Shown here piece by piece: positions 34,501 through 47,428 of a DNA stretch of 64,000 bases. A program made the translations under genes and the position numbers. Below the pieces are notes generated by a model that saw only the letters and a program-made list of their open reading frames with translations, did not search any database and had not been told where the DNA came from. The stretch comes from Klebsormidium nitens (Eukaryota > Plantae > Klebsormidiophyceae): assembly GCA_000708835.1 (NCBI GenBank), contig DF237146.1, positions 62,001 through 126,000 on the forward strand. Direction: 5' to 3'. Numbering within the stretch: the first letter of the stretch is position 1; every line of letters begins with the position of its first letter.

Positions 34501-37500
34501 GCCAAATTTGAGAGAGTTTGTGGTATTATACGAACCCAGAAACCACGTCACTCTGTCAGGAGCTCCAAGGAAGTGGGTCGAGAAGGAAAGACAGGGGTCT
34601 CGAGTCGGAGTCTTGAATGATGAAAGTGCCTAGGCTTTGGGTTAAAGAGCGGCGCAAAAGCTCGACTCTACGCTCAACAGAGCCATCCGCGTTTCACAAG
34701 ACCGTGTGGTCTGTGCTCGTTGTAAGGGCGTCAACCCACATCCAGGTCCGCTGAAAACTGTCTTCTCCACAGTCATAACATGCAGTTCGAATGTCCGAAC
34801 GCGCGCGCTCCTTTCTCCTTCGCGAGCTCGGCCGCCAGGTCTGTAGATCGAAGGAAAAGCGCGGCTCAGCCGACTCTCGCATGAGCTCTCTGTTACTAGG
34901 CCTGAGCCGGAGCAGATGCGAAGAGCATCCAAACGTTGCGCTTTCACTAAATCAGCTTTCAACAGATTCAGAATGTAAAGCCGCTGGAAGTAAACACGTT
35001 CCTTTCACCTCTGCCGTCCGCAGGTGGGCGATGCCAGCCGCGGCGCTATTTCGAACGTCCGGAGCGTGACGCTCCCGTCGCAGGGCTTCCCGTTCGTTAT
35101 GGGCGTCACGGCTGACGTCGGCCAGACCATCTACAGTGAGCAGACCATCCAAGGACTGCAGGTGAGGTTGCCGGTCATATCAAAGAATTTCGGCTGGTCA
35201 CAAAGTTTATGTGTGGATCAATGTCCTGCATGCTTACTAATGAAGAGTGCGGGCAGCAGGGCGGTCAGCTCGAAAGTCGGTGTTGAGCGCGGTAAACGTA
35301 CTTTCTTGCAATCAAATGGTTTGCCAAGTCGCCGGGGTTTTGGTTGACCTGAAACGATTTTGCGATTTCTGGAAAGTGAGCATAACCTGTTTCCGTTTTC
35401 TCTCGCGTCCTGCTGCCTTGAGTCCTCACCAGATTGCAAGATCCAATGCAACTATTGAACTCGGGCTTACTGGATAAGGGCGAGCTGCGGTTGCCATCTA
35501 CCGGTCAATCTGAGTCTTCAGAGCTTACCGGTCAATCTGACTTTTCAGAGCTTATGGTGTCAAGAGGTTGGACCGTTCCCGGTTAATCTAGTCGACGCTG
35601 ATCTGATGGTCTTAGCGACTGCGCTTCACTATGGGACAGGGCATTGCTTATGAGGAAGGGGTTGAAACTTAACGAGTCAACGGAAAGGCGGACTTGCGGA
35701 GTGTGTTCCGCTAGGACCGGTGGGCTGTCTTTACTGTTAGCACCAGATTAGCTCTGTGCGGATTGAAAACCGTCCCTCCTTTGTGTCTTAGGGACTGGGC
35801 GCACAAGCAATTGTCGTGGCTGGAGACCTTGCCTATGCCGATGGTGAGCTCGAACGTTTGGGGTTCAGAAGTCGGGGTTCAGTAGCACGAGCTCCTAGAT
35901 ACGTGTATGGTATTGAGGAAATTTAGCGGTTAAGGAAAACCTTGGTGTTTAAGAAACACCAGGGTTCGCGATCGTTGGCGCTGTAACGGAGACCGTCGGC
36001 TTCAATCTAGTAGAGTCAGCGGGAATGAGCAGGACCGTCTTCAGCAGAAGGACGTCTCATCGAATCGTGCACTCGATTGACTGCTTATAAGCTGGATGGA
36101 GGTCCTCCAAAAATTGTTGTGGCCGAGCGCTTCAGTAGCGTTGACAAAAAGCGTTGGAAGTTAGCTTTTCTGGCGGTACCATAATGTCCTTAACAGAGAC
36201 GTGTGGGATCAGAACTGCTGTTCAAGAGACAGCCCGACAGCTCTTCCTTCTCCACAAGCCCCCCACGTTACGGATCAGATTGCAGTCCAGTGTTTGGACT
36301 GGAGATCCGGCTGAGCTTTGGAAATTGATAAGGGGATTTAGACGCCCTATGTCTCTTGCAGACTACAACGACATTCAGCGCATCGGATGGCAGCCGCGCC
36401 GGTGGGACATTTGGGAGGTGCTCATGTCTCCGGTCTGCTCCGCCATCCCGTGTATGACCGCCATGGGTGAGGCATCCGGAACCATCCAATTTCTATTTTT
36501 CCGTTTTTGGTCCTACCGGGTCCAATCACGTCCGTTTGATTTCGCTAGAAGTCTCTGACTTTCAAGAAGTCAATACCCGTGCATGACCGCCATGGGTGAG
36601 GCGTCCGAACCCGTCCGATGTCGGGGACCCGTCCCTTTTTCATTGTCTGCGTCCGCTCGATCCGTCCGTTCTGCCGGAGTCGTCCAATTCCGATCGACTC
36701 CGGTTGACTTGCCTCCATAACGTGCATGACCGCTTTGGGTGGAGTATGCGAAACCGTGCGGTTTTAGGGATCACAAGGTTTGAGGTCTCTGGTTTCAAGG
36801 GTTTGGGTTCTTCGAAACCATGTTAACAGCCGTCTTTTCTGGGGACTCGTCCGCTTCCACTCGCGAACTTAGCGAATCTTACCAACTTTTTAAGTGTCTT
36901 TTTTGGTTCCTAATCTTCGTCTAGTCAGGCAGACTCTGGATGCTTCAGGGTTTACCGAGGTGTTCTCTGTGGACCATCTGGTGGATGTGAACCCAAGATG
37001 CGTCGAAACCTGTCACATGCGCTTGAATCGGTCGAAATCATGCTTTGCTCGTCAGACAGTGTTTGAAGTGAGTTTAGAGGAAGTTGACCCATTGTTTCAA
37101 GAGTCCCTTCAGTCTGCGGAGGCAAGTTCCAGGGCGAGACTAACCTGGCAAATTGGTCCTTTGCAGGCAATCATGAGGAGGAGTCGGAGTTCTACTATGG
37201 TGACGACTGTGAGTAGAACAACCGACCCGCTCTAGTTTTTCACGAATGCAATTTCATGCCATTTCATATCAGTCCATGACCTAGACTCGGCGCGTTTCGC
37301 ACCTGAAACCACTCTTGGTTCCAATGCGAGCAGCCATACAGCAGAATGAACAATTCTGCTTTTCTATGGCTTACACTCTTAGACAAAGATGCCCTTGGAC
37401 TTAAGCAAGTTTGGACCTTGTTTAGACGACGAATGACTTACTTGACGTGCCGTGCTTTCTGGCGTTGCAGACGTGCCGACATTCAACTGCGAGACGTCTG

Positions 37501-40500
37501 CGGCCGCCGGAGGCGACGTGCCGCAGTGTGCTCTCAGCTGGAGGTAAGTTTACGTCATCAAAGATGAATTTGACAAATCTGTGAATGCTTTTCAGGACGT
37601 TATCTTGTCATTTCCGATGTCGGGAAAGAAAGTCGACGACTTGGAGGTCGAAACCTCCAAAAGCCGGCGAAGAAGGAGGGGGTAAGTTGGATCTGACAGA
37701 AAGAATAAGCCAGTTATGTTCGCGAATACGATCGAAGGAGCGGAAGTAGCAGACGATTGGCATGCGGCATTCAAGTCTTATCCAACGATCATGGCGCGAT
37801 CTTGCACGCCCAATTCTTGAGTTCGTTACCAAGCTTGATGCGTGCGAAAGCAATGCATTTGAAGATTTTCGACGGCTTAGAGTAACCACGTCGGCCGTTG
37901 TGAATTTCAAAGAAGCGTCGACCATTGATAAGCCTGAAAGATGTTGCAAGGTCGGCATGAACCTCAGAATATTACATTCTAAGCTGCCGCCAAAACTATT
38001 CCGGTTCCGTTGCAGGACCCGTCACCCGGTGGTCCCCGTCCCCTCCATGAACTTCAGCTTCCAACTCCCCGGCGGGGATAAGCTATACTACTCCGTCAAG
38101 ATCGGCCCCGCCCGGTGCCTTTTCGCGTCCTCGTATGCGCAGAGCGCCCCTGGATCCGCCCAGTATAACTTCTTGCAGCAGGAGTTGATCAACTACAAGA
38201 ACAGCCGCCGCGAGAACGGCGCCAACCCGTGAGTGCCCAGTAATCTCTTCCGACGACCTGTTGGTTCTCTTGTTTTCAGCACTAGCAAATTAGGCATTCA
38301 GGTGCGTGAGTGCCCGGTGCTTTCGACCGGATCGGTAAGTCTCCATTTTTACCCCCGCTATTTTTACCAGCAGCAATCCGAGAGTCCCCACCTGAAAACC
38401 TTGAAGTGCCCTTTTCGATCGGGGCGGCCTGTGTGATTTGCCCGGTGAATTATCATGTGTTTCTTCGCTGCATCGCCGTCATTTCGACGCCCGGTGCTCT
38501 GTACCGACTGCTAATTAAGGCCCCCGTGAAGGCGACGCCTCTCCAACCCTCGGTACTTTTCGCCGTCCAACTCCCCCTGCCCTTGCATTTGTGTGCTAAC
38601 TACGTTCCGACATCGGTCGGCTGGCCAGTGCTTTTTAACAGCGCGCCACCAATTACTGCGCGCGCCACTTCCCAAGCGTCTGGTGCCCTCCGCTGACCGA
38701 CTCTGCCGTTGCTTTCCGCGTCTGCTCGCGGGTGGTGGGCTCTCATAGTCCACTCCCCGACTCAGCGATGATTTACCGAGTGCTTCTCTGCCCCTTTCTA
38801 GACACCGGTCCTATTCCAACTCGCACTGTCGCCCGTCGAAAGGTTCTCCATTACAGGATACACGTTTCTTGCAGGTGGCTGATCGTGGTAGTCCACGAGC
38901 CCCAGCTATCATCCACCCCCGGGCAGGCCTCGCAGCTGCAACCGGTCACAACTGTGACTCCTCTTTCACCTTCCTCTGGACGGCCCAGCATATTCCACTA
39001 ACGATTTTGCAAACCCAAAAGTGGACAATTTTCGCAGTTGGCTGATTGTAGTAGTCCACGAGCCCCAGCTATCATCCACCCCCGGGCAGGCCTCGCAGCT
39101 GCAACCGGTCACAACTGTGACTCAGGCCCAGGGCGCGGTTCTTCTCCCCGGGCAGGTCCTCCCGAGCAGTCCGACGTCACCCTACGGCAGCGCCAAGGGG
39201 TACTACTTCTTCAACAACCTGAACGACCTCTTCTACCAGTACGGAGTCCACTTCGTAAGTTTTCAGCAAGGTTGTTTCCGCGTTAGATAGCTCAGCTGTA
39301 CCGCTTGAAATTCAGACGCAAGCCTGGTTGTCGGTCATTTATTAACATTCATTAGCATTTGTGGGCTGTTTTGTTTCGCGAGATCTTGTACGCTGCCGTA
39401 TTATGCATGCCTGTCTTCTTGTTGATGAGCGTTTCGAGTGGGACGACTAGTGCGGTTTAACGATGCGTTGCCGTCTGAACGGTCCAGCAACACGGAAGAT
39501 TCTCGACTTGGTGCTTCGTGCTCTGGTCTTTCTACTTCGTGAATCATTTGGTACAAGGCCCAGCCTTGTGGTGATTATTCCAGAACAGAGGCTTTGCTTG
39601 CTGCCGTTCCGTTGACAACAAACGTTTCAACCCGCAGTTCATCACTGGGCACCAACACGATTACGAGCGGAGCTACCCGGCGAAGGGCTACGATGTAAGC
39701 TGCCCAGTTCTGCAATGATACTTGTTCAGGACCAAAGCTGCGTGCGCTTATGAGGAGTGGTGCCGTTCTATCCGCCCACATGACTGTGCTTTTTCCAAGT
39801 CTTCCTCTCTGGTTTTGTCAGGATTCCGAAGGCGAAGGTGCCACTTTTGGTTGCTAGGCTGCGCCTCTTTTGGGCAGAGTGCCGGTTCTCCTTTCGCCGT
39901 TATTGTATCTCCCTTTGATTAGACGCCCAAGAAGAAGGTGGGGGTAGCTTGGGACCGGCAAAAACCAAGTGCGAGTACCGAGCGCCTTCAAAATCCGGGC
40001 TGCTTTTGGAAGTAAACTGCTCGCGTATCCACCAAATCACCGGCACAACGTTGGTCAGGCACACGCTAAATATCAGTCGGGCTCATGCGCAGCTTATCAT
40101 GACAATATAAAATGCGCGCGTTCATTCCACATTCTCACGCTCTCAACACAGAAGCGCAGGGGGATCGGCTCAAACCATTTCGTCCCAGTCTTGAGGTTGG
40201 ACCACCTTCCTTTGCGATCGAGAGGGCGCCAAAACGACGATTGGTTCCATCAAAATGATCTTTTTCCTTTTCTGCTCAGAACGACAACTGCGGAGCGGTA
40301 ACGCTCGTCGTGGGCGACGCCGGTAACGAGGAGGGCGCGGAGGCCAGCTTCGTGGACCCTCAACCTAGTTGGTCCGCCAAGACGTCTTCGCTGTTCGGCT
40401 ACGGCAAGCTGACGTTCCAGAGCGCATCCGTCGCGCTGTGGCAGTGGATGGCCGACGACGGCTCCGCAATTGTTCAGGTGAGCACTTATGCCCTTTTCAG

Positions 40501-41155
40501 GATTCCTTCTTACTCAGATAATGTAAGTGCAGAGAGGGGATTCGTTGCCACTTGGCTGACGTGTGGATCGTAGACGACGCGTCGGCGATTTATTTCGAGT
40601 ATGGTCGACGTTCAGCCAGTCTCTCTTGCTCTTACACACTGTCAGAAATCCATGGCTCTCATTTTGCCACGTGGCACCGGATGGCATATGACCAGCTGCG
40701 TTGGAATATGGTATCCGAATTTTGGTGGTACAACGTACGCAACGATCGCAACGCAGCAGTGAGCTGGTAACGACGGCTCGGGGACTGGATCGACAGCCTA
40801 CGAAGTGCTTTTCAGAAGGCGCAATCGCAGGAATTGAACGGCATCAGTAATGCAAAGTCACTGTTTTGTCGACAGGATGGAAGCGTATGCTTTTTTAGAC
40901 TCCTTCCGACTGGGAAATCTCGATTCCGTTCATTGCATCTGCTCAAACATGCCATCAGCTGAAATGTGTCCTCTGACAATTGGCTCCGCTTCAAAGACAG
41001 TGTCTGAGCGTGCCGTGTCGAAGTCAGGGCTACGAGTTTCTTGTTGCCGCTCCGCAGTTGCTTTCTATACTTCTCCCATCCTCACGCGGAATGGCCCGCT
41101 TTTGCTGCAGATGACCTTCACGAGGAACGCCGGCTGTCTCAACCAGATGTACTAA
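31582..41155 (+). CDS. Purple acid phosphatase (FN3-like N-domain + metallophosphoesterase + C-domain) with signal peptide and AGP-like Pro/Ala/Ser/Thr-rich region; one apparent 1-nt frameshift in exon 1
   Basis: Exons 31582-31983, 32566-32672, 33257-33373, 33874-34040, 34310-34435, 35024-35161, 35792-35843, 36362-36466, 37167-37208, 37471-37543, 38016-38228, 39038-39254, 39638-39694, 40280-40477 and 41111-41155. All five PAP ligand motifs are present: ADVG, GDLAY, GNHE, VVVH, GHQH. Also YRSPLLHAV and VGDAGNEEG. The model gives 685 aa after removing 1 nt at 31758-31760. Confidence 0.88.
36447..36744 (+). repeat. Three serial copies of an exon 3' end plus 5' splice site
   Basis: CCCGTG(T/C)ATGACCGCCATGGGTGAGGC at 36447 (true donor) and 36576; degenerate CGTGCATGACCGCTTTGGGTGGAG at 36721. 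Confidence 0.85.
38860..39123 (+). repeat. Tandem duplication of an acceptor plus the first 86 nt of a PAP exon
   Basis: 38875-38960 versus 39038-39123 match at 83/86 nt (both encode WLIVVVHEPQLSSTPGQASQLQPVTTVT). Each copy is preceded by GCAG. The upstream copy runs into a stop. Confidence 0.92.
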
Positions 41156-42834
41156 GCTTGCGGCCCTGGGCGTTTAGGTTACTGAGAACACTTTGGAATC
41201 GATTGTTTCTAAGTTGGATTAGTTGCTGGAAGGTTGAAATTACCTCTGGTAAGCACGCAAACATATATTCGTAAGCTGCAAGCGAAGCGCCTGTAACAGG
41301 CGAGCATCCGCGTTGGCACGTCTTTTGAAAACTCAGTAACGAAGTTCGTCATCAATTTGCTCGCGAATAAGAGAAATCATTGCGCCGCGGTTCATTATTC
41401 CTAAGAGAGTTGAGAGAACTTGAAAAGTATTTTGCGTACATGAGAGGTGAAAACAGGTTATAGTATGGAATTAGTCGTGTAAGTGATTTGGAGCTCTGCC
41501 GATTTGAATTGTAGAGATTTTTAAGTCTCTGCGCGTTCGGCGCGTTCACGAGTTGGGCCGTCACCAACGTACTCAACCGTATGTTCCCGAGGGAGAACCA
41601 AAGTCGTTCGTTTCCTTGTTCCGGAAAAGCTGCTCGCATCTAGGGACCATCTGTCACTTGACATGTAGCGCTGAATGTACTTCAGTAGTCAGCCATGCGT
41701 GCGGCAGTGCAGAAAAGAAGGCGCGCATTGAGGCATACACAGTCACTTAGCCATTGCGCGCCATTTGCTGGATGGTCAGACTGTACCTGCGAATGATGGT
41801 CACGACCGTCCTTGATCTAGCTTCGTAAGTTTGATGCACTCGTTCTTTACTTCATCGAGCATGCACGAGCTAGTATACGCGAGTTGCACTCCAGATGCAG
41901 GCTGACGGGCGACTGTTAGCGCTGACTCATCGCTCAGGATTCCACTAGCTGCGCCCCATGCACGGCAACATAATTAATGGGCTGTTGATCGATTTGTTTA
42001 TAAGAAGTATTGGTTAATTTCAGTTGATAGTACATCATTGACGGTGAAACATCTGATTTCCACGAATCAAGCATTGCATAATTGTGGATTGCGAAACGAG
42101 ACTCATGGGCTATCGGTACACATGGCATGCTGAGTCGGGGCACGCGCTGCCGCGCAAGCGCAGTGGTTAGATTGGCTGACCATGCAATCACGCGGAGGCG
42201 GTGAGATAACATTATAGTATCTATATCCAGAAACAAATTCAGAGTCCAACGGCGGCCCCGGCTAGTCAATGAGGTTTGGTGTCGTTTCAGAGAAGAGTCT
42301 AGTAAAGTAGAACGTAGTCAAAGTTGAATGCAAGAGCTGCTTACACTCTCTTGAGTCCGAGCGGCCGGAGGGCAGGCTTGATTTAGCACTGGGCACGAAG
42401 ACTCAATTTTATACCTCCGCTGAAGCCATTATTTCCCAACACTATGCGCCGAAGACCGTGTCTGGTAGCTCTTTTATACACGCAGGTAGGACGTGGATTC
42501 CGCCAGGTTGAACTCATCAGCAATCCCGTCCCAAGATAGGTCAGCACGCTTTAAAGTAGTCTGCTTGTTGCTTGATGAGACGACGGACTTTAATTCGGCC
42601 GACTCCGCGTACCACTGCAGTCTGAGTACGGTACGCCGGGAAACGCAATAAATAGCTCACGGCGTGACATGATTTGGAGACAGATAAACACGTACTCGCT
42701 TAAAATGGAACGAAAGCGAGATCTGCGTCATGTGGAACAGGCAACCTCAGTTGGAACAAACAAGAACTAGGCTGATGCGCTCGTCTTTCCACGGGCGAGT
42801 ATTCTTAATCCGTTACATCTAGGATCGACATAGA

Positions 42835-43738
42835 TTAAATAAGTCTTTGTCCTGCTTCCGCAGACGAGACGTCTTCTACTTGACCAACTATGGGGCTGAA
42901 ACCCTGCTTTCCTTCAGGAACACAATACACGGGAACTTTGCAATCTGGAAACTGATACTCGGTTCCTTTGGAGTCCTTGAAGGTTAGGGTGTAGATCCTA
43001 TATATTGGCGTGCACGTCGCGGCCGAGACGTCCCCTTGAATAGTCACGTAAGCGTAGAGTTCTATAGAAAGTCTGTCCTTGACTAAGCGGGTGCCATCAG
43101 CCCCTGGTACTGTCTTCTCCCACTCTTTGAACATCTCACTGTAAGTTGCTCCTAGAAGCTTCTGGCCAAACTCGGTAAAGGCCATGTCTAGAGCCACATG
43201 AGTAACCTCGGTTGATAAATCATCAGGGTCCCCTTCATGGCACGAATGTTCCTCGGGAACAATTTCAGTTTTATGAAACAGCCTCCCTCGAAGCCTGAAA
43301 AGGTACACGTATCGGGCCACATGAATCTTAACATGTCTGGTGGGCTTTGGCGCTCCGCCTCTTGAGAACAATTTCTTACCCGGGAGCAAGAGGCGCTTCT
43401 TGAGTTGTTCAAAACCAAAACGTTTTGTGTTTCGGGTTTGTTCCAAACCCTCCTGGTTTGCCCGCTTCTTCATGACTGGCTCTCACTAACGCTAACTTTT
43501 TGTACCCACCTTGCTCTGCGATCCCCGCGTCAAGCTTTGCCACATCGTCACTCCGGATCGCGCCCATCTCTCTGCGATAGAGCGCCAGAAATTCTTCCCT
43601 CCAGACGGCAGGGTTCTTCTCCGCCATTTCCAAGATACACTTGCAGGCGAAGGTAGCTCGCAGCAAAGACAGAGGGTCCTGCACCGCTAGCTTCTTAAGG
43701 ATGGCCAAGACTGCGTCGCTTGGGAGGCCGGCCTCCAT
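42835..43738 (-). pseudogene. F-box-like family member 1, intronless, single frameshift
   Basis: MEAGLPSDAVLAILKKLAVQDPLSLLRATFACK...VWREEF...GGYKKL. One extra base in the run at 43423-43426 shifts the frame into ORF 42835-43473 (RFGFEQLKKRLLL...YLFRLRGRLF...RLSIELY), colinear with member 9. Confidence 0.75.
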
Positions 43739-43857
43739 CAGGCTGATGAGAACAAAACCAGAGGAGCTAGCGCGCCAGTGCCTGGTACTACAGCAAAAGT
43801 GTTTACCGAGAGCTGCGCTCGACGCGCTGCGTAAGCCGATGGCATTCGTCTGGCGGC

Positions 43858-44045
43858 ATTGTCGCGGCCGCGGCGGTCGCTTGCGACTTTATCATATGGG
43901 CAGCGCAGGCGCGCCGCGCGGCGCGTGGCCGCGTTTACTTTCAAATCACACCGCGCAGTGTTCCTTGTTGACGCGGCCGCGGATGCTTTCATCGCGGAAC
44001 CGCGGCCGCGCCGCACGGCCGGCCCAAAGGCCAAAGCCCGACGAC
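43858..44045. promoter_or_regulatory. CGCGGCCGCG-rich GC island upstream of member 1
   Basis: Three GCGGCCGC sites and many CGCG within about 190 bp, 120-300 bp upstream of ATG 43738. Confidence 0.5.
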
Positions 44046-44856
44046 GCCGTTTGTGCCAGTGACTATTCCCAAGGGAATGAACTTTAGCATTCCTTTCTTT
44101 ATTCTAGTGAAACGTCCAACGTCAGATGGATGGACGGTTTGGGGCAAGGACGGTCAGGGTTCGCTCTTCTGATGCCGCACTTCTCGGGTTGCGGCATAGG
44201 GGCGCTTATACGCAGAGGTTGCGTATAAGCAGATGAACACCTTCGGTGAGCGAACCGTGACGTCACCGCTGGACGTTTCTTTGAAAGCCGTTGATACTTT
44301 CTTGATTCAAGGGACAGGATGATTTTTGCGGACGACTCATGCCTGCCGTTGATCAAAATAAAACCAATCTGTATGGTCGAGAGATGGTTCGTGAAATAGT
44401 GGTGAGTCACTGACTAGCGCCTGAACAAAGCGTTGGTACTGTCACAATTGCAATTGTTTAGTTGATAAGGATGGCGCACGCTAAGAGCGCTTTTCAGCCA
44501 TGGAAGAAAGCGAGATACCAGGCAGTGGGCTCTTCTAGTGATGTGCCCTCTCTGGCGCTGGAGGTTTCCACTCCTCCTTTTCAGGGCTATGACCGGAGGT
44601 GAGTCTTGTTTCATTCTTTGCTTGGTGATGAGGGAGGTGGGTGGGAAGAAAGAAAAATGGCGCCCTCTTAGCAGCGCCGAGACGCGCTGCTGCTGCCGCC
44701 TCAACTCACAGTGAAGTGAAGAAGATTCGACTGCAACTGAGGTTTTGTTCACAATCTTGCTGAGGCTGCCGCCTAGTCAGCAAGTTTCGATTTCGAAGAG
44801 GCCAAACCCTGAGGGGAGGGTTTGGCCGCCGCGGTCGCGCGCGATTCGCACAGGGT

Positions 44857-45570
44857 TTAGGGCTTTGCCCGGCAGTCTGGTGCCTTAAGGCTTCTCGAGC
44901 ATCTGATGGCCGTCCACAGATCGGACGGACGGCCCGCATTCCTTAGGTAGAGGTCCCGCCGGCCGTTTCTGTCACAAACAAAACCTCCGACGTGGCCGGG
45001 CCGGGTCCGAGCAATCCCCCTTGCAATCGCCTGGAAATCTACAGAGTGCACCGGCTGAAGCGAAACGCCCAAGAAGGTTGTGTTGGGGAAAATCGAGTTC
45101 GCAACACTGTCCGCAACTTTGTTCTGGGGGTAGATGCCCCACAGCCAAAGGCTCCCCCGCAAGCGAACAAACGTTATGACCACCCCCCCGGACATGAGCC
45201 GTGACCGAAAGCAGCAAACAGCGCATCTAGACTCCAGCACAGCGGCTTCCACCCCCTGGCTTTGTTCAACTAGCTTTTTTTTCCGTGCCGCACAACATCG
45301 AGCCGCCAACAGTCGTTTGTAACCACCCAGAGCTTCTACCGCTGCATCAAGCTTGGCGACCTGTTCTGGGTGATAAGTTTCGGATTCCGAGTCGCCTTGC
45401 ATATCCTCTGAGACATTGCGAAAGAAGGCTTCCTTCCAGATTCCTGTATTCTCCGCCGCCGCGCGGTGCAGGGGCGCCAAAGCGCACGTGCTCCGCAGCA
45501 AGAACAGGGGATCCAGAGCAGCCAGCTTGCGAAGGATGATCAGGATTATGTCTTGCGGAAGGCGCTCCAT
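44857..45570 (-). CDS. F-box-like family member 2, intronless, 237 aa
   Basis: MERLPQDIILIILRKLAALDPLFLLRSTCAL...IWKEAFF...LGGYKRLL...FVRLRGSLWLWGIYP. Close paralog of member 4, with a divergent C-terminus. Confidence 0.7.
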   Translation of the reverse strand: MERLPQDIILIILRKLAALDPLFLLRSTCALAPLHRAAAENTGIWKEAFFRNVSEDMQGDSESETYHPEQVAKLDAAVEALGGYKRLLAARCCAARKKKLVEQSQGVEAAVLESRCAVCCFRSRLMSGGVVITFVRLRGSLWLWGIYPQNKVADSVANSIFPNTTFLGVSLQPVHSVDFQAIARGIARTRPGHVGGFVCDRNGRRDLYLRNAGRPSDLWTAIRCSRSLKAPDCRAKP

Positions 45571-45624
45571 GCCTGCGTTTGAACGACTGCCAGATAAACT
45601 CCACCCACTGGGCTGAAGGCCGAG

Positions 45625-45865
45625 TCTCAGTGCGGCCGCGGGTCCGCAACGCGGCGGCTCGGCGGCCGCGTGTCCAACCGCCGGGCGTGCTTGCTGCCCC
45701 GGTCGGGGTTTATGATGCGAAGTGTCCGCACCAGCGGCCGCAAGTCACGTGCGCGGCCGGGTCCGCGCTCGTGGTGGTCCGCGGCCGCCTAACGCGTTGC
45801 GGCCCTGCGCCACCCGGCCGCGCGATCGACCACGGCGCACGCGCGGCGGGCCACGGCGCGCTTAC
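45625..45865. promoter_or_regulatory. CGCG-rich island between divergent members 2 and 3 (putative bidirectional promoter)
   Basis: GCGGCCGC at about 45632, 45663 and 45781, lying between ATG 45570 (-) and ATG 45903 (+). Confidence 0.5.
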
Positions 45866-45902
45866 AAGCACGCAGAAGTGAAAGAGGGCAGGAAGGGCGG
45901 AC

Positions 45903-46650
45903 ATGGAAGCTCTTTCTGGCGACGTGAATCTGATGGTCCTGCGCAAGCTAGCGCCGCAAGACTCTTCGTCCCTCTCTATGCAAGCAATTTGTGCCTGCCA
46001 TTCAATTTATTCAGAAGGGCGAAAAAAGACCCGGCGTCTCAAAGGAAGCGTCCTTTGGAACAGCGGGGATAGCCTGAGCCCAGCAACGACGAGAGCGCGT
46101 TAAAGCGCACTTCAGCTCCTGTGGTGGATATAAGCGACTGGTCGAGGCGCGGTGTGAAGATTGTAATCGTTGGAAACCTGACTCAATCTGAAGAACGCGA
46201 AGCGCTCGCCAAATAAGGTGCTCTCGTCAACTTTGAAAGCAGTACTAGAAAGGCTGGTCATTCTGCGAGACGGAGGGAGATTGCTTCTGTGGCGCCTAGT
46301 CTTAACCCGAGAGCAGATGCTGCCCTGCCACCGGCGTCAGCTGGGCGATTTCGCGGGCCGTTGGGGACCAGATTCTACTTTGCCGACTTACTTCTGATCA
46401 CATCTCCGCTTGGGCAAGTCCTTTAGAGACAAGGGCGTTCGGTCTTCTCAGATGTCATTGGAAGCGGACGCGTCGAGCGGAATCGTTTTCTTTTTTGAAC
46501 GCTACAGCTTCGTGCAGGCAAGGTCGCAGCCAAGAGTCAACTCATAGAAGCTGGGCCTATAAACTGAGTGCGCCGTCTAGATCTCCGAGGCGTTGGGAAA
46601 TGTTTCTCAGGAAAAGCTTCACAAGGTCTACCAGGACAAGAATCCTCATT
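45903..46650 (+). pseudogene. F-box-like family member 3, degenerate
   Basis: MEALSGDVNLMVLRKLAPQD...AICAC, then frameshifts. GGYKRLVEAR is recognisable at about 46121-46150 and LVILRDGGRLLLW at about 46255-46295. The 3' limit is approximate. Confidence 0.7.
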
Positions 46651-47428
46651 AGTAGCTCTGAAGAGGCTAATTTGAGACTGCAACACCGCCCTTTCTGCTA
46701 TACTTACAAATCACCCCTTCCAAGCCACGGGTAAATTGTATGGTCGGGCTTCTAAATATCGAAGTCGCGGAAAGTATTGTGCGCATATGATGCAAATTGC
46801 TGGCCAGGCAGATCACGTCGGACGTGCTGGCTCCGAGTGCTTGGCTGCATGGCCGATATATTTAGGCCCGCAATTTCAAACTCGTACCTTAGCAACGGAA
46901 AATTTCCGAACATGATGCGCATATTATGCATTGCCGAGTCTTTCTTACGTCATGGTGGTCTTGTGAAACGAAATACGACAGTCTGCAAGAGAGAGTAAAG
47001 ACGAATTTGGAACCAGTTCAAACAACGTCGCTATCATAATGCAGACCGTTCAATCAGGCAGCGCCCGTTGCCATACTCTTTTCGCAGGCGTCCTAAAGAT
47101 CTCGCATTTGCTACGAAAGGGTGAAATTAGCTAAGCAAGTTGCACATAGCTGTACTGGATTTCAGCCCAATTGTTCCGGATTGCAATTGAAGAATTCGGG
47201 TCTTGCGGAAGAGGTTCAGGACAGAACGCAATTGTTGTTTCTTGCATAGTCGGCATACTAGGAACGGGATGGGCGTTGAGCCGACAAATTTCAGAGAACG
47301 GTAAAGTAAAAGTCGGAGAGTTCAACGAAGCTGCTTTGTCTTTTACAGATCTGGGCAGTCGACGTTTCTTTCAATGCTACCCCTGCCTTGTAAACAGTGC
47401 TGTAGAGCATGACGCCTTGACGCCTTGC

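Noticed and set aside
44852-44862. Telo-box-like AGGGTTTAGGG beside a small GC patch (also AAACCCTAAA at about 16132)
   Set aside because: Isolated short matches with no positional consistency across array members.
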